Origin: Hyaloraphidium curvatum SAG 235-1
Lineage: Eukaryota; Fungi; Monoblepharomycota
Length of the DNA stretch: 64,000 nt
Assembly: GCA_025558095.1 (NCBI GenBank)
Contig: JAIVFI010000022.1
Span: 434,001-498,000 of the forward strand
Direction of reading: 5' to 3'
Both the position numbers and the translations under genes were made by a program. Positions 63,151-64,000 of this stretch are shown in pieces (the first letter of the stretch is position 1; each line of letters begins with the position of its first letter). The notes below the pieces were generated by a model, which searched no databases, was not told the DNA's origin, and worked only from the letters and a program-made list of their open reading frames with translations.

Positions 63151-63803
63151 ACAAGAACATCAAATCACGGCGGAATCGGTCAGCCGCACCCGCGATGGCC
63201 TCCGTCGGGGCGGTGACCCACCAGTGGTCGAACACCCTCTCGTGCCGCCGGTGCGCCGCCGGCAAGATAGGCGCGCCGCCGCGCCACGGAGGCCGCGCCG
63301 TCCGCGGCATAGTGTCCCGCGCCTCCTTGGCCGGGCTCGAGAATGCGGTCATCTTCGCGTATGTACGGCAGTCCGATAGAGGCATCCCGGCCCGATTCGG
63401 CGTCCGCGGGCGCGGTCCGTCCGGCGGCGGTGTCCAATTGCCGGTTCAGGGCCGACCGAGAGTGGTCGCCGGCGCGGGGGCCGGAAGGAAAGGTGGAAGG
63501 CGTGTTGCTCTTCAGAGACGCGGGCATACGGCCGGGCTCGGACTCCAAACAGACGACGCGTCCGCCCGCCGACGCCCCACGTGTGCACAAGCCGTCAACC
63601 CTGTTGGCTCAACGCGTGAGACAAAAAAAATATTCATTGTTCTTTATCTGGTTTCCGAGCAAAGTGCCTACTAGGTTTCCGGTTCTCTGAATCAGTACTC
63701 GCGACCCAGACGATTTCAACCGACCGCAGCCTTCGGCGAGCCCATCCGGCCACTAAAGTATCCTCCCCATCGTAGCATTCGAATCCCACACTTCCCCGCA
63801 GAC

Positions 63804-64000
63804 CTAGGCGGAGAACACCGGGATGGTGCGCCTGACCTTGCCACCGGCCGCCATGGACTGCAGCCGCTTCGGGCCAGCGGGATCCATCTTTTTGAGGTCG
63901 ATCTCGAAAATGCCGTTGTCGGTGAAAGTGCGGAAGTGGTAGACGAGGTTCTTGGTGTCTGCCACGCAGGTCCAGAGGTTGTACTCGGCGCTCTCCGCCT
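63804..64000 (-). CDS. Choloylglycine hydrolase/penicillin V acylase (Ntn-hydrolase) family, 3' end only
   Basis: Not in the ORF track. My translation AEYNLWTCVADTKNLVYHFRTFTDNGIFEIDLKKMD...* fits the family C-terminal pattern Y.QWT...D..N..YYFRT...I..VDL. Confidence 0.7.
   Translation of the reverse strand, partial: AESAEYNLWTCVADTKNLVYHFRTFTDNGIFEIDLKKMDPAGPKRLQSMAAGGKVRRTIPVFSA

Overview
This is eukaryotic DNA, not prokaryotic. It is GC-rich and very gene-dense, with many short spliceosomal introns (mostly about 50-90 nt; GTGGGT/GTGCGT/GTAGGT donors, CTGAC/CTAAC branch points, YAG acceptors). Gene content points to an early-diverging, non-Dikarya fungus: fungal-type New1 (eEF3 family), Rho1 and Kar3-like kinesin-14 occur alongside animal-like VMP1, an HMG-box SSRP1 and a CNH-domain MAP4K. 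A monoblepharid or chytrid relative is my inference and is unverified. I reconstructed 37 protein-coding loci by eye, joining ORF pieces across introns, so exon and start coordinates are approximate. The first 28 kb is mostly housekeeping genes in tight head-to-head and tail-to-tail pairs. The region from 28 to 64 kb holds many accessory genes, several of which look bacterial. The strongest novelty candidate is a membrane-anchored vitellogenin/MTP-like large lipid transfer protein with a C-terminal Cys-rich module (57685-61671, minus). Also notable are a 7-TM protein resembling the gustatory-receptor/DUF3537 ion-channel superfamily with an apparent frameshift (28466-29977), bacterial-type enzymes with introns or PTS1-like tails, and a decayed receiver-domain pseudogene. 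I saw no rRNA, tRNA, CRISPR array or recognisable transposase. All homology calls come from motif recall; no searches were run.
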